The position numbers and the translations under genes were made by a program. A stretch of 64,000 nucleotides of DNA, from NCBI RefSeq assembly GCF_018350175.1, contig NC_058373.1, positions 104,224,001 to 104,288,000 of the forward strand, in the 5' to 3' direction. Shown in pieces: positions 51,776 to 64,000 of this stretch. The notes under the pieces are model-generated. The model made no database searches, was not told the origin of the DNA, and worked only from the letters and a program-made list of their open reading frames with translations. The first letter of the stretch is position 1; the number at the start of each line of letters is the position of its first letter. Source of the DNA: Felis catus (taxonomy: Eukaryota).

Positions 51776-54700
51776 AATGTTAACAAACAAATGTTAACAA
51801 AATCACAACAATAAGTAAAGTATGTGGTATGTCAGTAGTGATAAATTCTTTACAGTTAAAAAAAAGGGGAAAGAAGGATGAAGAGTTCTGGGGGGATGGA
51901 AGCAAGGTATGATTTTTACATGATGTACAACTGTCACAGCAACTGAGGGCAAGAGTGAACCTTCTGGTAATCAGGAAGAGAGCAGCGAGTGCGGTAAAAA
52001 GTAGCTTCCACACCATTCGGGAAAGAAGTGACCTTGCTTGTCACAAAATGGCACGTATCACAAGGACAGGTGAAGGTGTTACTGAGAAGTGCTTTCACTT
52101 TTTAAACTCAGTATCTTGATACAAACTAAAAGATATTAAAACAACTGGGGCAATTTCACGAAACACCTACATTCTAACTGCAGTTCCAAACTACCTTCTG
52201 AAACACCAGCACAATCCACAGACACTAAGGATAATAATGCTTGAAACACTATCCTAGGGAATACTGTTTCTCAATAAGATAAAGTCTGCTATTTGACTTG
52301 CCATTTTTCTTTTCAGCTTTCTATCAGTAACTATTATTGGAAGTCAAAGGTTGAGAAATTGCAATCCAGGAAACCCTCTGGAGGGTGTTTTGAGGATTTA
52401 AACTGAGAAGTTATCTGATTCCTGGAGGTGTGAACTCCAGGGAAGGGTGAGAGAGGCTTCTGGGTTGAACCCACTCTGATCCAGAGTTACTGAGGCCAAC
52501 GCATACCCTGGAGGCCATGGGGTATAAGACAGGTGAAGGCTTACGCTGGAAGTGCACATTTGGTCAAAGCTAGCTCCAAGGAAGAGGACTCGACCTTCAT
52601 CTAAGAACTGCTCTGTGCTGCCCAGAGACTTCCTAGCGCTATGTGTCAGGCCTGTTGGACAGTGGAGCACCCATTTTTCAATGGCAACTCTATGTGGCAA
52701 CGAGAAGCAGTTGCAGTAGTGGATTGGTGTGCTCAAGGTCAGTATTCCACTTCGTGGGGTGGAGAAGTTGGACCAAGCAAAAGCCTCTTGTGCTCTAGAT
52801 AATGGGGGAGGGAGATACCCATTATTTGTCCACATTTATCCATATATTTATGGATGATTTGTAGAGCAGTTCAGATAGTTTCATCTCCAAATTGCAAAAA
52901 ACATCTTTTACTTCTTAAATTGAGATGAAACAAAGTGAACTGTTCCCTGTCTACTGCCCAAGTAAAGTTTAAATCTTGGTCTCCAGAAGGAAATTTTGAG
53001 AGTATTCTTTGCACACCAATATTTACTTAGGCCATACAAATGCATACTGTTCTAGGCTGGTTCTGAATGTAGATCATAATAACTAACATTTCTTAAGCAC
53101 TTACTGTTGATTGATCCCTAGGCTTTTTGTCTTTTAATCCTCCCAATAACCCATGGAAATTTGCTACCTGCTCTTTGTAGGGGAAGGAAATTGGAGCTTG
53201 GTGAGGTGGAGTGGTAGACCAGAATCTGGACACAGGGGAGCCAGTCTCAGGAGCTCTGTCCTCTATAATGCCTTCCAGGAAGCAAACCTGGTTCTTTGGC
53301 AGTTGGAATGAGAGACCTCACATCTATTTCCAGCACCTCCCCCACAATTGGTCTTTCTAACACAGGTAACAGTGAAGTTACTCTAAACACTGAAATTACC
53401 AACATGGATCCAGTCCATCTTTCCCTAATTAGGTTGGCATGAACATTTCTCTGCTTTCATCTTTCAAAGCCCTCCCTTTTACAAACCCACCATTCAGTTT
53501 GTATGTCCTCTCCGGCAAGTCTGCCAGTGACACTTTGCAGTCATCTATAAAATAAACTTTTAGTCCCAGCTCCGTCTCCACAAGCAAATGACTCACTCAG
53601 ATTCCATCATCGAAAGGTGGGGAATGTAAATGTGATGCTTTGAAATGTCTCCTTTGGGTTCAGGGAATGTACATGGTAGGGGCTAATTGTCAGGAAATTT
53701 AATTGTTACTCTGTGTATCGAGCTTCCCTTGTGTGCTGGGGCACACCATAGGTGCTAATAGTGAGAAAATTTGACTGTAGCTCTGCTGTGCTCTCTTCAT
53801 TAAGCTAATGGAACATTTTCCTTTCATTTTCTCCCTAGGGTGGCTGTAGGAGTGCAACCTTATAATTGTTGCTCTTACTGTAATTGGAGGTAGTAGGAGT
53901 ATATATAATCTTATTGTCTTTCCTATGTGGTGGTAGTTTATTTATGACCTATTGATAATTCCCAGCCGGCAGTAGAAAAACTCAGTGAGTATTACATTAG
54001 CATTCCCTACTAGGAGAGCGCCTACCAAAGACTATTATTAACCAGGAAGAACACGTATGAGGGATGGCCCATCATACCAAATATAAACTTCATTACTGCA
54101 AAGATTGACCCATCTGGGTATCATGGGTGATTATTTGTTTCGCTAAAATTAATAAAGCCATCGTCTCTATCTTTCTTTAGATGTATGAATATAGATTCAT
54201 GAATCTTTTTGGGAGGCTCTCAAGGCTACTGCATATCTTCAAAGTGATAAGGAGTTTTATTTGGCCATTGAGGTCCTTGGAGTGTAATGGGCCATACAAA
54301 AAACATAAGTATTTAGCATCTACCACCCTGATTCAGGGCACTGGGGTGTGCTGAGTACAGCTTAGGGCCAGCAGGACCCTCCCCAAAGGGCATCCCAGGG
54401 GATGACCTGGGAACCTGTTGCCCCACATACAAATGAGGAGATCTCCTGAGGCACAAACATCTGTGTTGTCAAATCTTGGCCTCCTACAACATATTTTGAT
54501 GAAATAACCTTTTAATTTTTACAAGATGTAACATTTTTTAGGACACGGAGTATTCTCTGGATATTGTCCACAACTATGTGTTCCATTCAGCTTTCATTAG
54601 AGTCACTGAAGAGAACTAGCATGTGAACTATTTTGCTGTTTAAAATGGGTCCATTCAAGGACTGCCCTTTACTTCTGAACAGAAAGTATCTTCTAAGGTC

Positions 54701-54939
54701 AGTACACAGAGCTCATAAATATAAGCAAATTAGGTTGGCATCCATGAGAACATAGAATTATGTATTCCACCCCCCACTAGATTATTGAATATCAAAGAAT
54801 TCAGTAGTGGACTGAATGCATAGTCAAATATCTAAATTGTTAAAACTTAAAATCTGAAAATTGGCATTTGGTCAAGTAGCTATTATGTGGCAAGCACAAC
54901 ACTACAAATCTCCACAGATATCATTTCATTTTATACTCC

Positions 54940-55390
54940 TGTAGTAGGGCAGAATAATGGCCTCCAAACATGTCTATGTCCTAACCTCTGAAACCCCTGA
55001 AAGTCTCTTACCTTCTATGGAAAAAGAGGCCTTGCAGGTGTAATTAAGGTAAGGATAAGATATTGGAAAATTAACCTGGATTATCTGGGTGGACCAATAT
55101 AATCACAAGGGTCATTATAAGAGGGAAGAAAGCGGGTCAGAGTCAGAAAAGAAAATGTGACACCAAAGCAGGAGTTGGAGTGATGTGGCCAGGAGCCAAG
55201 GAATGTGGGCAGCCTCTGGAGGGTAAAAAAGGCAAGAAAATGGCTTATCCCTCTAGAGACTCTGGAAAGAATGCAGTCCTGTCAGCCCATTTAGGACTTC
55301 TGACCACCAGAATGGTAAACGAGAAGGCTGTGTCATTTTAAGCCACTAAATCTGTGGTTATTTGTTACAGCAGCAACAGGGCACTATATA
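54940..55390 (+). mobile_element. MLT1D-like MaLR LTR
   Basis: tgtagtagggcagaataatggcctccaaa...ttttaagccactaaatctgtggttatttgttacagcagcaa. Confidence 0.85.
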
Positions 55391-56269
55391 ACTCTCCACA
55401 ATTTTCTAAAACGGGCCTATCTCCATTTTGCAGATTGAGGAAATGATATTTCAGGGACTCAAGTGGTTTAACTCACCCTGCTTCCTCTCCCAGTGCATGG
55501 AGTGTAGCTATTTTTGAGCGTACCTGTGTTTTCTCTTCAGGTAGTTGGGTCCTCCCAAGGTTCCGAAAAAGCTGCAAGACGCATGAGGTAGGTAATTTGC
55601 TAACTGCACATCCACACTTTTGTCTTCAACATAAGGTTAGATGACTTTCTAATGAGCTTAGCTGAGTTTTTTCTTTTCTAAAAAGTTGGCCGTTTTTGTG
55701 AAGATTAATTCAGCATTTCTGAAACCGGAGCTTCCTGTATTGCTCTCTCTTTTGGCAAACGTTTTCCTTTGTCTCACCATTTAAGTTTAGATTAAAAAAC
55801 TAGACCAGGAGGGAATAAACAGTCTGTGAGCGGAAGGGGTTTAATGTGTTTCTCAGTTTGCAATAGTAACTTCAGTCAGGTAGGGTCTTAGAGAAAGATG
55901 TCCTATTCCAGTTTTAACTTCAAAGCCCACAGAAATGGAGAGCATGCTTTTGGAGAGTTAATGGTCATTTTCCATGTCCTTAGTATTGTGGCTCCCTGGG
56001 TTCTGCAGCAAGTCTAGATATAAAGGTCTGAGCCTTTAGGTTTGTTCTGGTTTTAAGCACATTTGGTTCTGTAGTAGATATGTGTTCATTACCCATCTCC
56101 CCTAGCTTGGGGGAATATTCTTCCCCTTTCTGTGTCGTATGATGAGTGAGGGCAACCTAGCCATCCCCTTGTGACCTAGGCTTGGCCAATCAGAATACAG
56201 TATGTTATATCCTGACTACAGTGATTGGTTCAGGGATCAAGAAAGATGGTGCAGAGGTTTATATGTAAC

Positions 56270-57960
56270 CTTAAATATTTTCTTCATGTATATATAAGCA
56301 ACTATAAAAATACATCCCTATTTTCTCTATTTTAACACAGGAAGTATATTAGACATACTGTTCTCCAATGTGCTTTTTTCACCTAACAATGTATCTTGTC
56401 AATCTCTTCCTATCAATAGATAAGAGAACTTCATCCCTTATGCAGCTAGATAGTATTACGGGATCCATTTTGATCAGAAGGACCTTGGAAAACCAGGTTG
56501 ATTTTGAGGAGTTGGGTCAACTCTATATGAGAAAGGAGTGGTAGAAGGTTATAACTGGATCCCATCCCTTCTTCTACCTGGCAGAGAACCAGTACCTGGT
56601 TCTCTTACAGAGCTAGGAGAAAGAGGGTCCCTGGACCGGGAGGTGCTAGAAACAAGTTAATGGTGTTGACCTTATTTTGAAAGGATGAAGTTAAATAACG
56701 TATACATGCTAAATGTTGAAACTACTGCCAGCATGCCTCCCAACTTGGCTTCTAGACAGCAGACAGTTACTTTTATACCACTCAGGGAGGGATGAAAAAG
56801 GTTCTTCTTCAGAAACCTGACCCCACCAGGAAAGATGACCTAGAAATACTGCTGTGGGCTGGGAGTTCTCATCAACAGCCTGATCACTCTAGAGTGAGAC
56901 CTTAGTCATCAAGCCTCCCAGCTAACCAGAGAACTTTCACTGAGCTTTTAAGTAATCTACTCTTAATTATCATCAAGCAGTTAAGAATTCTTAGATATCT
57001 GAGGGAAACTTCCAAAATAAAAGATATAGTCCAAAATGAACCAAAAGCAAAAAATAAGTAAGTTGCTGCTTGGAGGAAACAAAGACTACAGGGGGAGCTG
57101 AAAACTTTTTGAAAAAGCTATCATCAAAATCTTCAGAGAAATAAAAGATGATACTGCATCCATGAAACATGTTCTATTAAAAAGGAACATTCAGAAAAAT
57201 GTAGAAGAAAAGAATTATTGGAAATTTAAGAAAAGAGAAATTCAGTAAATGGATTGGAAGAGAAATTGAGAAAGTCTTCCTGAAATCAGATTAAAAGGCA
57301 AATAGAAAATATAAAAGCAGGCTTAAGAAAATTAGGGAAATACAGAATGTCCCTAAATATGGGTTTGTCTGTGGCTAGACTGGGGATATGGGTATTTGTG
57401 AAGAAGAGCATGGAGGTGAAGTGTCATTCTCGTCACATCATGTCCGGGGTACACGCTATCAACGTTACATCACTGATGCTGTTAACCAAGATGACCTGGC
57501 CCAGATAGCATTTCCCACATTTATCCATGTAAAGTTACTTATTATTTCTCCTTCCCCTACTCTACTCTTCAGAAGCAAGTCACTAAGCATAGCCCACGCT
57601 CAGGGGTGAAGAACTGAGACAGGTGGTGAGTATCGACTTAAATCGTTTAGAATTATACCCTTCTCCTTTATTTATTTTTTATTTGTTCAATTGTATATTT
57701 TTGGTTATTAATTTTATATTTTGGATTATAATCTGATACTACCTTATTTATTTTGTTGCCTAAATTTTTCCAGGTTTGTCCACTGGTGATCTGTTAGGTT
57801 GGCTCCTGTTCCCCTTTGATATGCCTCATTTTCTGTTTGTTTTTTGAGTATTTCTCTACTCTCTGGCATTACAGGATCCTCTGAGTTCATCTGGAATATT
57901 TTCTCCCTTGGCTCTATAATCAGTCATTTTCCCAAGGAGTCTGGTTCCTTTTATTAGAGA
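56270..57960. mobile_element. Cluster of old L1 (L1M/L1MC-type) fragments
   Basis: A-rich ORF1-like stretch (57000-57340) and a reverse L1MC-like 3' end (57345-57960). Confidence 0.55.
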
Positions 57961-60250
57961 ATATCATATGCCCCTAATTTATTGCTGTGATTCTTTTTTT
58001 CTTTTTCTTTTAGGACTCTACCCCCTGTCAACTTAAGAGCTATTGGGAATATCAGGGAAAGAGCAAGATTTTGACAAGTTTCCTCAGGATTAAGGTAGAC
58101 TTTATTTTAACACCTCACTCTAGCTCCTTACAAGACAGAGGCTATATTAATTGTCACTTATCCTAAAAGAACAGTATTAGAAATTGGAATTTTCATCCTT
58201 AACCTTATACCCTCAGAAATATTATTTAACCAGCATTTTACAATTCATCCAAAGAATGCTAAACAGGTATTCCAAGAATTAGATTCCATGATATTAAGTA
58301 TTTTAAGAGCAGGAATCCCATCAATACATAGGATAGTTAACTTCTTAGTCTTTGCATTTTTATTAGGAATATCTAACAGATTTTATAAATCCCATACTCC
58401 GAGTCATTCAGTGTGTGCACAGCTAGTGTCATTTTTTTTTTTTTACTTAAGAAAAGAAAAAGATGTTTTCACTCTATACATAAAATGAATAACCAACACT
58501 AGAATTAAAAAATTACTTTAGAAAGAGGCAGTTCAATTAATCTGAAATCTATACTATATAAATGTGAATTCAAAGTTAATTGTATTCTTTTTCCAAAAAG
58601 CTACATTTGCACTTACAGATATAAGGCTCAACTCAACTGTGTGTGTCAAATGACTTAATCTGGTTATTGGGTTTATGGAGGGATTTAAACATTTTAGTGA
58701 AAGGAGACAAATACAACATTCTTTTGTTTAAATTAAGTTTTGTAATTCAAAGGATTTGTTCATTTGGGCCTTCAAGTTCCTCCTTTCAACACGAGAGAGT
58801 CTTGAAGGTAGAATCATTGCTTGAAAGGCTTTTGCTTTCGCATCTAACTTTTACTTTGAAACTAACCAAAAAGAAACTAAGTGTATCAGAAGCATACCTA
58901 ATCTCCTGGAAGTCAGCATTGCATCAAGTGTATTAAAATTAAAAACTACTCTTTTTTTTCTCCTCCTTAAATAGGCATCTGGTAATAAGAGGCCAATCAG
59001 CTGGGTTAGGATAAAACAGACAGTGTTTTTCCTTCACTAGTTCATTTGGAAAAGTCGCTTTGCTAATTGAGAAAATTTTAATGAATTTTACTTGCATTAA
59101 AATAAAGGTGATTGCTTCATGGCAACAATGTACTCATTTGAGAAAGTCATTACATTTATGTATTGTGTTTTCAAGTAAATACTTTTGCCAAAATGTATTA
59201 GCAAGGAATATAATATTATGGTTCATGGTTCTTGTAGTATCTGAAAAGAATAATTGTATAACCAATCAATGAAAACAAAGTAAATGTTCCTCTTGGGTTT
59301 GTACAATAAAAATGGAATTAAAATTACTCAGGCTCAAAAATGCAAATATAATGCATCTCTACAGCAGAAAAATAAAAATTTTAAGAAAGAACTTTGTCTC
59401 TTAAGGCCAGTATTTCAATTCCTCTTAAAGGCTTCATTTGATTCCAGAACTGATCACTTCAAAATTCAGTTCCATGCATTTTTAGAAAGTAATCAAATAT
59501 TTCACTGCTTTTAAAACAAAATTATCATTCATTCTCCTGAACAAGCTCACTGATATTCAGAACACATTCTGGGGAAAATTAATGCTAATCAGCAACCAAA
59601 ATAGCACTTTCATGTATTAGACAGTAACATAAGATTAAATTCACATTAAACTCAAGAGCAAATAACCCATATCAATTTAAATAGATTAAATCCTGGGAAA
59701 GGGCAAAGGTGAGAAATGATCTGAAGGGATAACCAAATTGTACTGAGAACAATAGGCCTTGTATTAGACAACAGCAACCCCTACCGGAAGCCTGAGGCTG
59801 CCTGGACAGGCGTTCTTGGAGGCTGCAGGGGTGGGGGGAGAAGGGAAGGAAGCTGAGAGGATGCTCAGACCTCCACCTGGCAGATGGAGGCATCGTCAGT
59901 CTCAGAATCACTTCTTCTCTATTGTGTAATCATAAACCTTAGGTATATCACCTAGAATTTTTGTTATTTCTCAACTACAATTCAGAAGGAAATTGATTCT
60001 GAAGGTTTTATTAGTAAACATTTAGAGTGCCTTTTTTTTAAAGAAAGCTCAAATTCTGTGATAAATACTTGATATGAGAAAGCAATATAAAAGCAATATC
60101 TGTTCATGCAGTGATTTTAATTAGGCTTCCTTAGAATTTCCCCCACAGTGCTCAAAATTATTCCTGTCCTTAGTAGAGAATGTTTCATAGGGTGCCTTGA
60201 TCTAATAATACTTCAACAAGCATGCATGGTGGCTATACTTAATACATCTT

Positions 60251-60408
60251 TATACAAATACATATGTACACACATATAGCATATATATATACATATATAT
60301 ACACACATACAGTATGTATATACACATGTGTATATATATACATATGTACACACAGCATATATTATGTAAAAATATACATGTATATATCACACGTATACAA
60401 ATACATAT

Positions 60409-60442
<34 letters not shown>
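60251..60442. repeat. TA/CA low-complexity tract ending in (CA)n
   Basis: Alternating purine-pyrimidine tract; pure CA run at ~60411-60442. Confidence 0.9.
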
Positions 60443-60444
<2 letters not shown>

Positions 60445-60686
60445 TGTGCAGTCTATGGTTCAAAGTGGACCCTTGAGAAGCCTTGGTGAGATGGCAACCT
60501 TTCATCATCAATTTGTCCCTTAGGGTTCAGGTTTACAGCTTTTTTTTTTTTCTATGTTATTCTTTGAGTGACTAAACAACCTTAAAGACCACAAGAAATA
60601 TGAAAACTTCTGAGGAGTAGTAAAAGGCAATCATTTGACAAACAGACTAGCCATATATAAAACATCCTCTTTTTAAAATTAACGTA

Positions 60687-60918
60687 GGGGCATCTGGGTG
60701 GCTCAGTTGGTTGAGCATCTGACTTCGGTTCAGGTCCTGATCTCACAGTTCGTGAGTTCCAGCCCTGCATCGGGCTCTGTGCTGACAGCTTAGAGCCTGG
60801 AGCCTGCTTTGGATTCTGTGTCTCCTCTCTCTCTCTGCCCCTCCCCCATTCATGCTCGCACGCATTCTCTCTCTCTCTCAAAGTAAATAAACATTAAAAA
60901 TTTTTTTAAAAATAAAAT
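60687..60918 (+). mobile_element. Can-SINE
   Basis: TSD aaaattaa(c/t)gta. Confidence 0.92.
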
Positions 60919-61944
60919 AAAATTAATGTAAAATACCCAACAGTATTTTGAATTCAACAGTTCATATACATCAAGTATTTTTAAACTGGGTTATGTTCTA
61001 TAACTAAAGGACACCTCAGTCAAGCTGACGTGCTAAACATGTTTAAATGCCATAGCAATAAGTACAGAAATCAGACAAACTGAAGACAAATCAGGGGAAA
61101 TCATTTTAGCAAATGGGGGCAGATACAGAGTGACTAGGGGAGAAAAGGAAATAGAAGCAAGCACTCACACCAGGTTTGGTTGAAAAGAAGCCTAAACTAT
61201 CATGAAAAAGGATCATGGAAACAACTCTCATCTTTGCATTTTATTTTCTGAACACCCACCCCACCACCTCCAGCACCAAATGCTTTAGTTCCATGACTAA
61301 CCTGTGAATCGCTTTTATAAAAACCTACCAGGGAGGCCCATTCCCCAACCAAATGGATCCTATCCCAGAGACCGTGTTCATGCTCCCAGCCAAACGAGAA
61401 GGTGACTTTACCTCCCTGCAATTTTTGAAGTGTGTGGAGGAGGCCAGGGGCAGCTGACTTGGAAGGGGCTCTGTTTAATTCTCTTGCCTGAAATATGGAG
61501 TAAATTCGTTTCAGAAAGGAGCTAAGCAGCTATTGGGAGTTGTCTGTAGGTGGGAATGTTCATTTCCTGAGGCTAGAAGCTCTCAACACAGTTCTCAAAG
61601 AAACAAGATCAAAAGTATTTGCAATTACAGGTGCCTGAGGGAAGCAGTTTAGTAGTTGGAAAAAAAACAAGAGTGGTGACAGAGGAGCCCAGACTGTTAA
61701 CCCAGCTTGGCCCTGCTGTGTGCCCCTGAGTGTCGTTTAACCTCTCTGTGCCTTAGTTTCTTCATCTGTAAACATGAAGACCTCTATTTCCCAGCTTTTA
61801 TAGCAAAAGAAATTTTCATGAGGGTACTGTGTTCATACAAGACCCGATCTAGCAGTGCTTCAGAGAATCATCGTTGGTCAGGAAGAGAATGGGTTCACAG
61901 AATCAAAGAACTAAAGTTAATGGCACATCTTCCCTGGGTTCAGT

Positions 61945-62900
61945 CCTTCATTTATTTATTCTTCAATAGCTATTTATTAAGGGTCTACTATGTGTCAGAC
62001 TCCAAACCAGGGGATGGAATACAAATTTGAACAAAACCCAATCTCTTTCCTCAAAGAATTTGCAGCTTAGTAAGGAAAAAAGACAATTAGACGTGTTTTC
62101 ACAGCATAGGGTAGCGAGTCCTCTGCTAGTATAGACCACAGTGCTGTGAGAGTGTGTCCAGAGGATCTCAACCAGGCAGGCACGGGTGAAAACTGTCACC
62201 CAGGATGTGTGGAACAGCCCTACCCAATTCCCACCTTTAACCATGAACAGGAGTTAGCCATGGGGAAAAAAAAAAAAAGGAAAACAGGTATTTAAAGGTA
62301 TTTTAAGCAAAGTGAACAGCCTAGAGCAGGGAGAGAACACCGTTCAGGCAACCGCAGACTGTTCAGTGTGGCTGGAGGCAAGACTGTGTTCAGAGAAGAG
62401 GCTGCAGAGGGAGCAGGAATGTCCCTAAAGTGCTGAAGGAGAAAGCTCATTCTGCCTGGGGTGAGGCTGGGCATGGGGACAGGATGCAACAGATTGAAGG
62501 TTTTTAAGACTGGCGGCAAGCAGACCAGTTAAAAGCTTGTGATGAAGAACTGTACCAAGACCACAGCAATGGAAATAGAAGAGAATAAATGTGCAAGTAT
62601 TTATAAAGTAGAATTGACAGGGTTTAGTGACTGATTGTGTTTGGGGTGAGAGAGAGGGAGATGTTGAGGATGTCTTCCATATTTCTGGCTTGGATGGCTG
62701 GACACTGACAGCAATGTTGGATGATCAGTTTGGGCAGGAGGTGAGTGCATGGGGGGGGGGTGTGAAGAATTCTGTCTGGGTCATTGGTTGACGAGGCATT
62801 CAGATGGAGAGGTCTATAAAAATTCTAGAGGATAAAGGAAAGATTCAAGTCAGAGATACAGATTTGGGAGTTGTCTGGAGCGTTGTCTAGGATAGTGTAG
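61945..62900 (-). mobile_element. L2 fragment
   Basis: ttcaatagctatttattaagggtctactatgtgtcagac is the reverse L2 3' end; further L2 motifs follow. Confidence 0.6.
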
Positions 62901-63807
62901 TGTATCCTCATAGTTCATTGCCCTGAGAGGAACTGCTTTCTACCTTCTAAGCACCACCCACTTGCCCAACTAAGTACTGAAAAATCTTGTGGAAGGATTC
63001 TGATTGACTTGTATGGTATACCCAACCCTATGGCCAAGAAGGCAGCCTCTACTAGGACCATTTACTTGAAAGGATTATTTCCCAAATGGTATAAGAGTGC
63101 TGTGGAAAGCAACAAATGTTGCAACAAATGTTCCCCAGTCAACTCATTTTTTTCCCATTTAGTATTCAATAAATATCTGTCAGGCAAATGATATTTTCAG
63201 CAGATATCCATAGCCTTTAAATTTTTATTCCGTAAGCATTTTAATAAATAGAATGAAACCTTTTAATCCTCTCTTGACAAAATACCCAACCAACAGGGTC
63301 CATTGAAGAATATGGCGAGGAAGAGGTGACCCAGTTACTCCTAGAGTTAAGTAAGTCACACCTACATAAAATGAACATCAACAGCTACCTAAGGAAATAA
63401 ACCAAGATATTATAAATATGTGACCTAAATCCCTGCAGTTAGGAACACCCACAATTCCAATCAAGGTGATCTGGAAATTGTGTTTAGAAAGGATAATCTT
63501 GTATAGTAAATTAATTATGTGGTACCACAACTGGAAATAGAGTGTATGAACTGTTGAGGAAAGAAAGCGACCTCTGTGAATACACACTTACATTTAACCT
63601 GATTATTTGATTATAAGAAGAGAATGTACTAGTTTTGCAGATAAAAATGCACCATCTTCCTAGCAGCTATATTTCTCTGAATTTCTCATTGCCAATGAGA
63701 AATTTTGTATTAATTTGCCCATGTGTGTCAAGAGTAGCTCTAGGTACTTTATAGAGGTACAAAAATGTATGCAAAATTCTTTCCTTGAAATCTTATTTGT
63801 AACGATG

Positions 63808-64000
63808 TGCTATGGACTAAACGTTTGTCTTTCCAAAATTCAAATGTTGAAGCCCCAATCCACCTCCAATGGTATTTGGAGGTGAGGCCTCTGGGAGGTG
63901 ATTAGGTCATGAGGATGCGCCCCTTGTGAGAATAGAGCAGGCTCTCACCAGACGCTCTATCTGCGGACATTTTGATCTTGGATGTCCCAACCTCCACAAC
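63808..64000 (+). mobile_element. MLT1A-like MaLR LTR (cut by window end)
   Basis: tgctatggactaaacgtttgt...aaaattcaaatgttgaagcc...gggaggtgattaggtcatgagg. Confidence 0.8.

Noticed and set aside
60250..60523. ORFs rich in H/T/Y/I/C/V and a possible repeat array
   Set aside because: Translations of a TA/CA microsatellite. There is no repeat-spacer structure, and a CRISPR array is not expected in mammalian DNA.
2236..60918. tRNA-like sequences and recurring ORFs such as MAQSVKRPTSAQVMIS
   Set aside because: These are tRNA-derived Can-SINE heads with CT-rich bodies, poly-A tails and TSDs, not tRNA or protein-coding genes.
45100..64000. NAA30 or another intact downstream gene
   Set aside because: No second large CpG island and no recognisable coding exons.

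Overview
Mammalian genomic DNA from a felid, most likely domestic cat, judged by about 22 carnivore tRNA-derived Can-SINEs including young cat-type copies. The window holds the head-to-head gene pair EXOC5 and AP5M1, which share a CpG-island bidirectional promoter at ~14.2-15.5 kb. Only EXOC5 coding exon 1 (MATTAELFE, minus strand, 14707-14733) is present; bases 1-14706 are its intron 1. AP5M1/MUDENG (plus strand) has all 8 coding exons at 15403-33534, which splice in phase to 1473 nt (490 aa plus stop). The rest is intronic or intergenic sequence with an ERVL provirus remnant, MaLR/ERVL LTRs, L1, L2, MIR and MER3. Best new observations: (1) a chain of minus-strand exon-like segments at ~36.5-44.8 kb, several with strong splice acceptors, near-open frames and compatible phases, which looks like a long-decayed multi-exon gene, with a small CpG/promoter-like patch at its 5' end; (2) a 67-nt, 63/67-identical copy of part of AP5M1 exon 4 inside AP5M1 intron 2; (3) an L1 insertion with an apparent short 3' transduction. 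Repeat family names and homology statements come from recognition by eye, not database searches, and repeat boundaries are approximate.
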